Source: Candidatus Obscuribacterales bacterium (lineage in GTDB: Bacteria; Cyanobacteriota; Vampirovibrionia; Obscuribacterales; Obscuribacteraceae). Taken from it: a stretch of 64,000 bases of DNA. Positions 50,465-61,034 of this stretch are shown here, in pieces. The stretch's first letter is position 1. Each line of letters opens with the position of its first letter. Below the pieces are notes generated by a model. That model worked only from the letters and a program-made list of their open reading frames with translations. It was not told the origin of the DNA and did no database searches. The position numbers and the translations under genes are program-made. The stretch covers positions 3,616,001 through 3,680,000 of the forward strand of contig CBDDIJ010000003.1 in NCBI GenBank assembly GCA_965228855.1. The letters run 5' to 3'.

Positions 50465-52414
50465 CTAGTGTGGAGAGACCCACATAAGAAGATCGTCTTC
50501 GTAGGAAGGAAATGACAGCGTTGTTCTATACCTGTTAACGATAGCGACGTCAGGTAATTCCGATTGAAGCTTATAAACCTCATTGGCACCTATGTTTTTG
50601 CAGTCTCTCACATCCAACAATCGAAGCTTTTTGCACCGTCTCAACTTCGTCAATCCGGAAAGAGTGACATCCGTTTCCCTGACGCTCAGAGCTTCCAGAG
50701 ATGGTAGAGCGATATCGTCTATATTCGCATCAGTCAGGCTGGTTCTACCAACATCGAGCGCGGTCAACTTTTTCAGCTTGCGCAAGAAGTGAAACCCGCT
50801 GGTATCAACTGCGGTGCCGCTTATACACAGAATTTCCAGATTGCGCAATGCCGCAAGTTGTTCAAGCGCAGTTGAATCGTACTGTTTCATGTCCTTTAGA
50901 GATAATTTTCGCAGACCTCTAAATCGCGCGACCGTCCTCACTGAATCACTGGTCAGCTGAGAACACTCACTCAAGTAAAAGGTATGCAAGTTAAGCGCCG
51001 CTGGAAGCGGCAATAGAGAGGCATCAGTTAAAAAAGGCGCTCTAATCAATCGAAGAATGACAATCGTTTTGAACTTGGCAATTTCTTCAATGCCGGCGGC
51101 ATCAACGGCACAATCGACAAACGCAAGCGAACCGATTCTGTTTTTCGCAAGATACTTGAGACCGGTTCCATTCACATCACTTTCGTGAATCCAGAGCCTG
51201 TCTATATCTTTGCGTTCGGCAAGCTCCTTGAAGTCGGACTCTTCGATGGGCGGTTGGTTATAAACCCACTTACCTCCGTTGAAGAGGCGCTCAGCAAATT
51301 TATGCTCGAAGAGGTCGTTGACCAGCGAATCATGAATGGCCCTCTCCTTTTTCGCACTCACCTCTTTAGACAATTCAGGCGTGGAATCAATCTTGGCGGC
51401 ATCGTTGATGCTACGCACCGCCGCGTAACCCCCACCGTAGAGGATTAAAAGTATCAAGGCCGTCCATATAAGACCTCGACGTCCCCTGGGCGCGGGCGAT
51501 TCAGGAGTCGAAACCACGAGTTTTTCAAACAACTCGGTCTCTGCTTCTGCAGGAGATTCGATCTTAATAGCCGAAAGAGCAGTGTAGAGCTCATGCATGG
51601 ACTGATATCGGTCATCCGGATTCTTGTTCAGACATTTTGCAATTATCCGCTCCAAGTCTGCGTTCACTGCACCCGCTGGCAGACGCTCACTGAGCGTGGG
51701 AGGCGGCGTTTCACGATGGTCAATGATTATTTCCAGAATTGACTTACGATTGAAAGGAGGCGCCGCGGTCAAGCAATACATCATCAAACAACCGAGCGAA
51801 TAAATATCCGACCGCTCTCCCACCAGCCGTGAGTCGCTCGCCTCTGGTGCCATATATAGTGGCGAACCGCTGAACGTGTTGCTCGTCGTATCGTCAATAC
51901 TATCGGTCGCGATCGCAAGCCCGAAATCTACTATTTTCGCTAACGGAGGAGCTGGAGGCATCTCAATCAATATGATGTTGCTCGGCTTCAGGTCGCGATG
52001 CAATAAACCGATGCCGTGGGCATGCTCCATACCCGCCACGATCTGCATAAAAATTGGCAACGCCTGTTTTGGCGAAAGTTTTCCGCGCGCCAACACCAGC
52101 TTTTCAAGACTGATGCCGTCGAGAAATTCCATGACGATATAGAGTCCATTGTCCGGCAGCACACCGCAATCAAGTTCGCGAATCGCGTTGTCGTGCTTCA
52201 GTTTTGCTGCGGCTCGCGCCTCTTGCTGAAATCTGCGAACCAGTTCGGTCGAGCCTGCCGGGCGCAAAACCTTGATCGCCACCAGACGGTCGAGGTTACG
52301 GTCATATGCGCGATAAACCACGCCCATGCCCCCCTCACCAACTTTGAACAGTTCGTGATAGCGATCACCTAAATACTTGGAAAGTCGCAGCTGATCGTCA
52401 TTTTGGGATTGCAT
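50465..52414 (-). CDS. Hanks-type Ser/Thr kinase - TM - leucine-rich repeats
   Basis: GEGGMG, VAIK, HRDLKPSN, DFG, YMAPE; TM LIWTALILLILYGGGYAAV; LxxLxL repeats. Confidence 0.93.
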   Translation of the reverse strand: MQSQNDDQLRLSKYLGDRYHELFKVGEGGMGVVYRAYDRNLDRLVAIKVLRPAGSTELVRRFQQEARAAAKLKHDNAIRELDCGVLPDNGLYIVMEFLDGISLEKLVLARGKLSPKQALPIFMQIVAGMEHAHGIGLLHRDLKPSNIILIEMPPAPPLAKIVDFGLAIATDSIDDTTSNTFSGSPLYMAPEASDSRLVGERSDIYSLGCLMMYCLTAAPPFNRKSILEIIIDHRETPPPTLSERLPAGAVNADLERIIAKCLNKNPDDRYQSMHELYTALSAIKIESPAEAETELFEKLVVSTPESPAPRGRRGLIWTALILLILYGGGYAAVRSINDAAKIDSTPELSKEVSAKKERAIHDSLVNDLFEHKFAERLFNGGKWVYNQPPIEESDFKELAERKDIDRLWIHESDVNGTGLKYLAKNRIGSLAFVDCAVDAAGIEEIAKFKTIVILRLIRAPFLTDASLLPLPAALNLHTFYLSECSQLTSDSVRTVARFRGLRKLSLKDMKQYDSTALEQLAALRNLEILCISGTAVDTSGFHFLRKLKKLTALDVGRTSLTDANIDDIALPSLEALSVRETDVTLSGLTKLRRCKKLRLLDVRDCKNIGANEVYKLQSELPDVAIVNRYRTTLSFPSYEDDLLMWVSPH

Positions 52415-52534
52415 TGGCGCGCCGCTTCTCGAGGAATTCAGTGTCGGCAAGAAGCCGTCACAGTAATCTTTCCCAGACTGGCATCAGTCCACACAATCCT
52501 TTAGAATTTCTCTGCGGTCAATTGAGGAAGGCAC

Positions 52535-53740
52535 ATGCCAGGTAGAATCACCGACATAGAATCATATCTGACGGAAGCCGGGCTCAAGCCTCACCGCAAC
52601 ACAAATCAGTTCTGGTCATATCTGGACACGCGCTACTCGAAATCGCAAGTGAGTGAGTTGGAAAGCTCTTATGTGAAACTCGAGCAGGGCGATGAAAACG
52701 GCTTTTACCAGGACATTTTTCAAAGCCCCGCCATCAGCACCGATTTCTCATCGCTGCGCTGGGACCTGTATCGCAGCTATTTGAGCTGGTTTACTTCCAT
52801 CACGAACACATTTGACGAACCCAAACAGATTGTGGACGTCGGTTGTGGAAATGGGGTCCTCACCTGCTTCTATGCAAAGCGGTTTCCAAACGCAAAGGTA
52901 CTCGGGTTTGATATAGCGGAAAATGGAGTTGCTTGCGCAAAGGAACTGGCGAAACTACTGGGAGTAACCAACGCCGAATTCGTCGTTGGTGATTCGTTCG
53001 ACCTCACTCTTCCGATTGAAAAGGGAAGCGCTGATCTGATTTTAAGCGTTGCCTCCCTCGGTCCCTCCGGCTCGGAAGCGGACTCTGACGTTTCTGCATA
53101 TGACCTGTTAACGACCAAACCGAAACTGAAGGAGATGATTCAGCTTACCAACCTGGTACCGTATTTGGAACCAACAAGGGGACTGTTTATTTCGTTCGAC
53201 AAGGTCTCGAATCTGGCAATGCAAGTCACCTGGGCGAACATTATCCAGCGCTGCGGGCTCGGCGTGGATCTGAATCGTTCTTCATGGATCACCTATCAGA
53301 ACATCGAATCCGATTCGATTACACTGCCGGTAATCGTTGCTGGACCTCACCTTAAAGCGAGTTCGACTGACGACATCATGTCGTTCCTGGTGACGCACGA
53401 AACCGACTTTAGTAACTGGATGCTGGATTTTGGCAAAGAGTCGTTGGCGGAAGCGGTTTTCACATTCATAAATCCAAGGGAGTTTTTGCGAGGCGCGCGA
53501 GCATCATACAAGGACGGCTCGGGAACATACTGGTACGAACTCTGGCAAGCTGGACCGTTCGCGGTGGTCTTCGAACATACCGATAAAGGCTTCAGGACGT
53601 TGCGAGTGGCCCCGTCGACGAAACGCGACGAATTGCAGCAAGGCGTGGACGAATGGATGGAACAAACCTCTTCGTATGCCGATGTGGTTGAGCTGAAAGC
53701 GCCAGAGATTCAATTTGGAAAGGGCAACTCCAGGGGATAG
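52535..53740 (+). CDS. Class I SAM-dependent methyltransferase
   Basis: IVDVGCGNG motif I, GFD motif II. Confidence 0.85.
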   Translation: MPGRITDIESYLTEAGLKPHRNTNQFWSYLDTRYSKSQVSELESSYVKLEQGDENGFYQDIFQSPAISTDFSSLRWDLYRSYLSWFTSITNTFDEPKQIVDVGCGNGVLTCFYAKRFPNAKVLGFDIAENGVACAKELAKLLGVTNAEFVVGDSFDLTLPIEKGSADLILSVASLGPSGSEADSDVSAYDLLTTKPKLKEMIQLTNLVPYLEPTRGLFISFDKVSNLAMQVTWANIIQRCGLGVDLNRSSWITYQNIESDSITLPVIVAGPHLKASSTDDIMSFLVTHETDFSNWMLDFGKESLAEAVFTFINPREFLRGARASYKDGSGTYWYELWQAGPFAVVFEHTDKGFRTLRVAPSTKRDELQQGVDEWMEQTSSYADVVELKAPEIQFGKGNSRG

Positions 53741-53943
53741 CAGAGCACGGCAAGCGCAAATAAACCACAGTTAATTTCCCTCCGCCTGGCGTAAAAACTT
53801 TTCCGCAACATCTTCCTTTCACAGGACTCCACTTTTGGCTCACAGACCCCAACTTACAGTCTTGACTACGTTGAAAAAAACTTAGCCAATCGGCGACCAG
53901 AAATTTGGTAAGGTAGCCGCAAGAATCACCTATTAAAAAGTAA

Positions 53944-55107
53944 GTGGAGAGACCCTTGTTGACGACGCCAGACTTAGCACCAGCTCACGCCGTTTCAGAA
54001 AATACTGAAGCGCAGAGTCAGTCGGATTCTCCTGCCAACCTACCTCAGGGAACAGGAGTTGGAAGTATTTTTTGCGACCACATGTGGTATTTCGCGGCAG
54101 CCGGAGACAAGCTCAAGCGGGGCTCCATGGTCGGTAAAACTATGCTCGGCAAAATGGTTTTGGTCGGTCGTCGCAATGACGGTCAAGTCTTTGCGATGGA
54201 AGATATTTGCCCCCACCAGGCAGTTCCACTTTCGGCAGGTCGGTTCGATGGAAATGAGGTGGAATGTCCTTTCCACGGTTGGCGTTTCAACTCGGAAGGT
54301 TCGTGTACGGCTATTCCATCGCTGGTGAGCGGTCAGTGCATGAAGGTCTGCGGGATAAAAACCAAGACATATCCCTGTCGCGAAGTCCAGGGGAACGTCT
54401 GGGTTTACTTCGGAAATCAACCCGAGAGTCCACCGGATGTACCGCGCGCGTATGATATCGAAGATCTCAGTCGCTTTGAGAAAACCACCACCACGCTAGT
54501 CCTGCCTAACCACATCGACTATAACGCGGTCGCGCTGATCGACACAGCTCATGTGCCATTTGTGCATAAATCCTGGTGGTGGCGCAGTAGCAAGAATATG
54601 CGAGAGAAACTCAAACACTATGTGCCGGACCAGACGGGCTGGACAATCGTGAAGCATAAACCGTCGAAACACTCAATGGTATACAAAGCGATCGGAGACA
54701 TGCTAGAGGACGAAATCGGATTTCGACTTCCTGCTTGTCGCATTGAGCGAATTGTGTACGGCGGTCGAACGATGATTTCAGGGATGACCTGCCTGACACC
54801 GATTGATGACAAAACCACGGAGCTGAATCACACCACATACTGGATCAAAACCGTTCCCGGTATCGCACCGCTGGTGATACCAATTGTTCAGTATTTCGTT
54901 AGAACATTCTTGAGCCAGGATAAAGACATGGCTGATATGCAACAGAAGTGCCTGGCCCATAATCCCAAGCTGGTGATGACGATTCGAGATGCTGGAACTC
55001 CCGGGCGCTGGTATTTTGAATTGAAAAAGGCGTGGAACGAAGCAGCACGAACCGGGCGACCGTTTGTTAATCCGGTGAAGGACTCATTCCTGAAATGGAT
55101 GAGCTAG
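53944..55107 (+). CDS. Rieske (2Fe-2S) non-heme iron oxygenase, VanA/PAO-like
   Basis: CPH-x16-CPFH Rieske motif; DTAHVPFVH mononuclear-iron motif. Confidence 0.9.
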   Translation: MERPLLTTPDLAPAHAVSENTEAQSQSDSPANLPQGTGVGSIFCDHMWYFAAAGDKLKRGSMVGKTMLGKMVLVGRRNDGQVFAMEDICPHQAVPLSAGRFDGNEVECPFHGWRFNSEGSCTAIPSLVSGQCMKVCGIKTKTYPCREVQGNVWVYFGNQPESPPDVPRAYDIEDLSRFEKTTTTLVLPNHIDYNAVALIDTAHVPFVHKSWWWRSSKNMREKLKHYVPDQTGWTIVKHKPSKHSMVYKAIGDMLEDEIGFRLPACRIERIVYGGRTMISGMTCLTPIDDKTTELNHTTYWIKTVPGIAPLVIPIVQYFVRTFLSQDKDMADMQQKCLAHNPKLVMTIRDAGTPGRWYFELKKAWNEAARTGRPFVNPVKDSFLKWMS

Positions 55108-55177
55108 CTTAATTTATATAGGTTTCGATAGCCTCGCCCTGAGGGTAGATTGAGTTACACGAACTCGCACGGGCAGG

Positions 55178-57355
55178 ATGGAGAGCAAAGCCAACAAACT
55201 AACGATACCGGAGGAACTGCAGAGGCGGTACTCGGATTTTCGTGTGCTTGGCTCGGGTGCGATGGGTGCGGTTTTTCAGGCGCACGACGCCAATCTTGAT
55301 AAAGATGTTGCTATCAAGTTGTTGAAACAGCGACAGATTGAACCGGAAGTTGCCATACGCTTTCAGCAGGAAGCGAAGGTGGCGAGCAAGCTCAAGCATC
55401 CTAATCTGGTCACTCTTATGGACTTCGGAATTTCCGAAAAGGGTGAGCCGTATATCATCATGGAAAACTGCGAGGGCAAAAGCCTCTCGTGGTATATCGA
55501 CAAACGCGGCGCCATGAGTTTGCCCGCGGCAGTCAACATCATGGCGCAGATTTGCGATGGAATGGAGCACGCTCACAACAATGGCGTCATACACCGCGAT
55601 TTGAAGCCGAGCAATGTCATCGTTTGCGATGAAGACCTCGTCAATGCAAAAATCAAAGTTCTAGACTTTGGCATCGCTAAACTTGACGATACCAATGGCA
55701 GTGTCACGAGAACAGGGACGATACTCGGCACGCCGTATTACATGAGCCCAGAACAATTCTCCGGAGACAGCGTCGACCGCAGAACCGATATTTATGCAGC
55801 TGGGTGCATGTTGTTTCGGATGTTGACTAATTGCCTGCCATTCGAAGGCGATACGATGCTTCAGATACTGCAGGAAAAGCGCGAGACTATAGCACCGCGC
55901 ATGGCAGATGTGAGCGGTGACGTCGAGATCCCCGAGCATGTCGAGGACGTGGTAGCGAAATGCCTTGAAATCGACCCGGACGATCGCTATTCGAGTATGA
56001 GCGAATTCAGAGATGCACTCTTTTTAGCTCTCGAAAAGAGCAACGTTCAAATTCCTGTTAGTCAAACCGGACCGCGCGAAGTTGTCACAAAGCGGAAACG
56101 CCCCTCGAAGAGCTCTCTCGTCTTAACCGCTTGTTTAGCGGTCGGGGTTGGTATAGTCGGTTTCCTCTCCTACCAGGAGTGGAGCAAAGTCAATGTGAAG
56201 GGAAGCAAAAAAACAAAAATCACTCGCACTCATTTGATGGACGGTGTGATAAACGCGAGAAACAAAAGAGGCCGAGACGCCTCCGGTGCTTTCATGATAG
56301 ATCGCAACTCGATGAAGGCAATTGCCGTTAGCGCAGTATATGACCAGGACCTCGAGGATTTGTTAGATAGGGAGCGGGGAAATCTCAGAGCACTGCAGAT
56401 AGGCAGCTACGAAGACCTTCAGACAACACGAGAAGATTCCATTACTGCTGCCGGCTGGGAATCGATCGGCAAAATGCAACTGCAAGACATCTCGGTACCA
56501 TATGCGATACTAAATGACGATGACGTCAAGAATTTTGAGAAGTGCAACAACCTTAAAGCGCTGGACCTCAGCAAAGCATCCATTACCGATAAAACCATGC
56601 GCGTGATAAGCAGGATACCGACTCTCGATTCCGTATGGCTGCGAAGTACTCCCATCACGACTGAAGGAGTGGCGATGCTCGCGCCGCTCAAGAATCTGAA
56701 AGTACTGTCCCTTACTAAAACGAAAATTGACGATAACGCTTTGAAAGTTATAGGAGAAAATTTCCGTAAACTAGAGAAATTAGATCTGTCGAGTTGCACG
56801 GGCATTACCGACGATGGTTTGAAACACCTGGCAAAACTGCCGCATTTGAACTATCTCGTCTTGATGCACACATCTGTAGGCATCAATGGTTTGAAGGCGC
56901 TGAAGGGAACCGAGCTCGAGGATCTATTTCTGGAAGGTGATGACTCCATCGATGATGACTGTTTAAAGGTCATCGCCGAGCAATGGCCGGATTTGGAGCT
57001 GTTGAACGTCGGTGAGACCAGCGTCACAGCAGCAGGACTGAGTAAGCACCTGGGAACGTTTACAAACCTGATAAGCCTGACTCTCAATGCAATTGATTTT
57101 AAAGATAGCGACATTGAGGCGGTTTCTAAAATGAAGAATTTAGAATCCATTCACTTAATGACGACAAACATCACGGATAAAACGCTTGAACGGCTGAACG
57201 AGCTTCCCCGCTTACGATTAATAGAGGCGCATCAATGCCCTGGTTTAACCAAAGCCGGTATTCAGAAGTTGACGGCGAGGAAAGTAAAGGTTGATTCGGT
57301 CAACGAAGGCAAGGATACGGCGAACGCGCTCTCCGAGTTTTTGTTGAAAGACTAA
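55178..57355 (+). CDS. Hanks-type Ser/Thr kinase - TM - leucine-rich repeats
   Basis: GSGAMG, VAIK, HRDLKPSN, DFGIAK, YMSPE; TM LVLTACLAVGVGIVGFL; ~10 LxxLxLxxTxITD repeats. Confidence 0.93.
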   Translation: MESKANKLTIPEELQRRYSDFRVLGSGAMGAVFQAHDANLDKDVAIKLLKQRQIEPEVAIRFQQEAKVASKLKHPNLVTLMDFGISEKGEPYIIMENCEGKSLSWYIDKRGAMSLPAAVNIMAQICDGMEHAHNNGVIHRDLKPSNVIVCDEDLVNAKIKVLDFGIAKLDDTNGSVTRTGTILGTPYYMSPEQFSGDSVDRRTDIYAAGCMLFRMLTNCLPFEGDTMLQILQEKRETIAPRMADVSGDVEIPEHVEDVVAKCLEIDPDDRYSSMSEFRDALFLALEKSNVQIPVSQTGPREVVTKRKRPSKSSLVLTACLAVGVGIVGFLSYQEWSKVNVKGSKKTKITRTHLMDGVINARNKRGRDASGAFMIDRNSMKAIAVSAVYDQDLEDLLDRERGNLRALQIGSYEDLQTTREDSITAAGWESIGKMQLQDISVPYAILNDDDVKNFEKCNNLKALDLSKASITDKTMRVISRIPTLDSVWLRSTPITTEGVAMLAPLKNLKVLSLTKTKIDDNALKVIGENFRKLEKLDLSSCTGITDDGLKHLAKLPHLNYLVLMHTSVGINGLKALKGTELEDLFLEGDDSIDDDCLKVIAEQWPDLELLNVGETSVTAAGLSKHLGTFTNLISLTLNAIDFKDSDIEAVSKMKNLESIHLMTTNITDKTLERLNELPRLRLIEAHQCPGLTKAGIQKLTARKVKVDSVNEGKDTANALSEFLLKD

Positions 57356-57367
57356 CAAGTCTTATAC

Positions 57368-58741
57368 CTACACGATCAAAGATTTGATAAATAGCGGATC
57401 TCCAGCTTTGTCGGTCAACCGACCGTCGCGCATCAATCCGACGTCGACCATCCACGTCTCGAATTCGGGGGCTGGTTTCAACCGCAGCAACTGCCGCAGA
57501 GCAGCTATGTCGTGAAAGCTTGTCGTCTGGTACGACAACATCACATCATCTCCCATCGGCACGCCCATAAAATAGTTGACACCACCTGCGGTGAGCAAGA
57601 TCGCCAGGTTCTCCAGGTCATTCTGATCAGCGTCCATGTGGTTCGTGTAGCACGCGTCTATTCCCATCGGCACTCCAAGCAGCTTACCCATGAAGTGATC
57701 TTCCAGACCGGCTCGAATCATTTGTCGGCCGTCCGCAAGATATTCCGGTCCGATGAAGCCAACGACGTCGTTGACGAGGAAGGGATTGAAATGTCTTGCG
57801 AACGCATAGCAGCGTGCTTCCAATGTCAGCTGATCCGCTCCGTTATGAGAGCGCGAAGAAAGTTCCGACCCCTGACCGGTTTCGAAGTACATCACGGTCT
57901 TGCCTTTGTTCAAGCATTTCTTCTCACCCAGAGCCTTCGCTCTCGCGAGAGTTTCCAAATCGATACCGAATGCGGTATTGCCTTTTTGGCAGCCCGCGAT
58001 ACTCTGAAAAATCAATCCGGCTGGAGCGCCCATCTCGACAGCTTTTACTTGAGTCGTAACGTGGCTTAAAATGCAGTTCTGCGCAGGCAGGCCCAGTGAG
58101 TCGATTACTTTGTTAGTCGCCTCCAGCAGACGAGCGACAATGTCCGGCGTGTCGTAAGCAGGGTTGATACCAATGACCGCGTCACCGACGCCAAACGACA
58201 ACCCCTCGTACAAAGAAGCTAATATTCCGTCGACCGCGTCAGCCGGATGATTAGGCTGCAAACGAGCACCAAGCACGCTCTCGAGCCCCAGAGTGGTGTT
58301 AGCCGTCGCAACCACTCGCATTTTTTTCGAAGCAGAAACAAGGTCCAGATTCGACATAAGTTTGCAAACCGCCGATGCCATTTCACCGGTCAAACCTAAA
58401 CGAATGCCTGCAACACCGGCTCCATCAGGCGAGTCGGCAAGAATAAAATCTCGCAACTCGGCAACAGTCCAGCTCCGAATTTTTTCGAACTGCACCTCGT
58501 CTAGATTATCGTCGATGAACTTCGTGACTTCATCTTCGTCATGAGGCACGACCGGCTCACTTCGAAGCGCTTCCATTGTTATCTCGGCAAGCACTTCCTT
58601 CGCCGCTACTCGCTCACGATCAGAAGCCGCAGCAATACCTGCAAGCGCATCACCGGACTTCTCCTCATTGGCACGCGCCAAAACATCTTTGATGTCTCTG
58701 AAATCATACTTGTGGCCAGCGACAGTCTTGGCGTACGACAT
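57368..58741 (-). CDS. eutB: Ethanolamine ammonia-lyase large subunit
   Basis: RLQPNHP, GDAVIGINP, YFETGQGS, VVGFIGPEYL, LEDHFMGKL, CYTNH. Confidence 0.96.
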   Translation of the reverse strand: MSYAKTVAGHKYDFRDIKDVLARANEEKSGDALAGIAAASDRERVAAKEVLAEITMEALRSEPVVPHDEDEVTKFIDDNLDEVQFEKIRSWTVAELRDFILADSPDGAGVAGIRLGLTGEMASAVCKLMSNLDLVSASKKMRVVATANTTLGLESVLGARLQPNHPADAVDGILASLYEGLSFGVGDAVIGINPAYDTPDIVARLLEATNKVIDSLGLPAQNCILSHVTTQVKAVEMGAPAGLIFQSIAGCQKGNTAFGIDLETLARAKALGEKKCLNKGKTVMYFETGQGSELSSRSHNGADQLTLEARCYAFARHFNPFLVNDVVGFIGPEYLADGRQMIRAGLEDHFMGKLLGVPMGIDACYTNHMDADQNDLENLAILLTAGGVNYFMGVPMGDDVMLSYQTTSFHDIAALRQLLRLKPAPEFETWMVDVGLMRDGRLTDKAGDPLFIKSLIV

Positions 58742-58845
58742 TCCACGGTCCTTCGCGCGGGGCGATCAAAAACGCGTTCTATAGTGTACCCTATGGTCTG
58801 TTGATTTCGAAGTACAAGTCTTTCCATCTCGGAAAACATACGAAG

Positions 58846-59583
58846 ATGACGCGAAGCAACGAAAAAGCGGAATTAGAATTGGCTGCGATGAAACAGTCTA
58901 CGCCTGCTCGAATTGCCGTTGGACGAGCAGGCGAGCGTCCGAAAACAACAACTTGGATAAGTTTCCGGCACGACCACGCGACGGCAAGGGATGCTGTACA
59001 TAGCGAGTTGAGCGACTCCTTCATTGAAAACTTCGCCCATGCAAACTCTTTTCCTGTAATTCAATCGCTGGTCGGAAGTAGACACGAATTTGTTCTCAAT
59101 CCCCCGATGGGAAAGAAAACTGACGAGCAAACGCTGGCGACTCTTTGCTCATCATGCCCATCTGACAACGACGTTCAAATCGTAATTTGCGATGGACTGT
59201 CGGCAATGGCAGTCGAGACCAACATAAAAGACCTGTTACCGATGATCGAAGATGGTTTGAAGATAGAAGGTATAACAGTCGGAACACCAATTATCGTTAG
59301 ATACGGTCGCGTCGCGATCGCGGATCAAATAAGCCACGCTCTGGGCGCGAAGCTCGCGATTAATCTGATTGGAGAAAGACCCGGTCTGTCTTCAGGCGCT
59401 GGGATGAGCGCATACCTCACTCTCAACCCAGGTCCGGAGACGATAAGCTCCGATCGGACCGTCGTTTCGAACATTCACAGTCGCGGCACGCCACCGGTTG
59501 AAGCCGGTGCCTATATCGTACATCTGGCAAAGACCATTCTTGAAAAGAAGGTATCCGGTGTCCAACTCCAGAAGCTGCTCTGA
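58846..59583 (+). CDS. eutC: Ethanolamine ammonia-lyase small subunit
   Basis: TPARIAVGRAG, HATARDAV, DGLSA, LIGERPGL, SAYLT, SNIH. Confidence 0.95.
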   Translation: MTRSNEKAELELAAMKQSTPARIAVGRAGERPKTTTWISFRHDHATARDAVHSELSDSFIENFAHANSFPVIQSLVGSRHEFVLNPPMGKKTDEQTLATLCSSCPSDNDVQIVICDGLSAMAVETNIKDLLPMIEDGLKIEGITVGTPIIVRYGRVAIADQISHALGAKLAINLIGERPGLSSGAGMSAYLTLNPGPETISSDRTVVSNIHSRGTPPVEAGAYIVHLAKTILEKKVSGVQLQKLL

Positions 59584-61024
59584 TTCACAGCATTCTCTCA
59601 ACAGCCTTACGAGCGTCGGCATCGACATTGGCACAACATCGACGCATCTCGTTTTCAGCAAACTCCTATTAGCGAATGAGGCGGGCACCACACAAATTCC
59701 GCGCCTTACCATTCGAGAACGAAAAGTACTCTACGAAAGCCCGATCTTCTTAACGCCTTTACGGGAAGATGGCACCATCGACGGTGCCGGAGTTGCCGAG
59801 CTGCTTCGAGAAGAGTACAGAAAGTCAGGCTTCAGCCCGGAAGATATCAATTGCGGTGCGGTCATCGTTACGGGCGAAACAGCACTGCTGCGAAACGCGG
59901 AACAGGTGCTACACGAAATCTCTTCCCTGGCAGGCGATTTCGTCGCTGCCAGCGCCGGTCCGAACTTGGAAAGCGCGCTTGCCGGACGAGGCTCGGGGGC
60001 GATGCAACACTCGCTGAAAAATCGAAACACAATTTGCAACATCGACGTCGGAGGTGGCACGACAAACATAGCTATTTTTCACAACGGAGTATTACTGGAA
60101 ACAGCCTGTTTGCGCATAGGCGGGCGCTGTTTCCGATTCAACAGACAGGGCTTGAGTACAGGCGTTTCCCAGAGCGGACGAGAGCTGATTGAAAGTTTGT
60201 CGGTAAACGATGATTTTGAAAAACTTGGTCTGTTTGCGGCAAAGCTCATAATTGACTTTGTAACGAGCAAAACCTCTCTAAGTGAAGATGGTAATGGAAG
60301 CCACATCGGAAAATTTCTGATGACCCCACCGTTAAGATTCTTGAGAGAAGCTGATGAATACTGGCTCAGCGGCGGCGTAGCGGAGCTCGTCTCCTCGGAG
60401 AAGCTGGATCCGTATGTTTTCGAGGACTTTGGTTGGTTCCTCGCTCAGGGTTTAAAACAAATTCTCGACGCGAGAAAAGTAAACTATCGAGTCGCGGCAA
60501 ATCCGGTTCGTGCCACCGTACTTGGTGCAGGGAGTTACTCGGTTCAACTGTCAGGTAACACCGTCTGTATTAACACAGACAGACTGCCACTCAAAGGAAT
60601 TCCGATAACGCGGCCTTTTCAATCCATGCCGGCAAGCGATCTCAAGAACAGTGAAGCGGTTTCCGCTGCCATAAAAGCGGCAAGCTCAATCATGGAGTCG
60701 AGCGCGAGTGGCAAACCGGCTGCAATTGTTTTAGAACTTAAAGGCACTCCAGACTATGCCGCACTGAAAGCTTTAGCAGACGCACTGGCCGCTGCACTGG
60801 TTTCTACTCAGCTAGCAACTCCATATGTGTTAATCGTCGAAAGCGACACGGCGATGGCGCTTGGTCAACTTCTCAAAGGTCGGCTACCTCACCGGGACTT
60901 CGTAGTGCTTGATGGAATCGACTTCACGAGTGGAGACTATCTGGACATCGGAAAACCGCTTGCGGCTAGCACATCCATTCCTGTCACGGTCAAGAGCTTG
61001 ATTTTCGCCAACGAGCAGTTCTAG
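59558..61024 (+). CDS. eutA: Ethanolamine ammonia-lyase reactivating factor
   Basis: SVGIDIGTTSTHLVFS, GAVIVTGET, AGPNLES, NIDVGGGTTN, GDYLDIG; probable GTG start overlapping the eutC end. Confidence 0.92.
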   Translation: MSNSRSCSDSQHSLNSLTSVGIDIGTTSTHLVFSKLLLANEAGTTQIPRLTIRERKVLYESPIFLTPLREDGTIDGAGVAELLREEYRKSGFSPEDINCGAVIVTGETALLRNAEQVLHEISSLAGDFVAASAGPNLESALAGRGSGAMQHSLKNRNTICNIDVGGGTTNIAIFHNGVLLETACLRIGGRCFRFNRQGLSTGVSQSGRELIESLSVNDDFEKLGLFAAKLIIDFVTSKTSLSEDGNGSHIGKFLMTPPLRFLREADEYWLSGGVAELVSSEKLDPYVFEDFGWFLAQGLKQILDARKVNYRVAANPVRATVLGAGSYSVQLSGNTVCINTDRLPLKGIPITRPFQSMPASDLKNSEAVSAAIKAASSIMESSASGKPAAIVLELKGTPDYAALKALADALAAALVSTQLATPYVLIVESDTAMALGQLLKGRLPHRDFVVLDGIDFTSGDYLDIGKPLAASTSIPVTVKSLIFANEQF

Positions 61025-61034
61025 CAATCTATAA

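Noticed and set aside
58742..58845. Cobalamin riboswitch or ANTAR hairpins ahead of the eut genes
   Set aside because: Only ~104 nt, with no B12-box or paired ANTAR loop motifs visible
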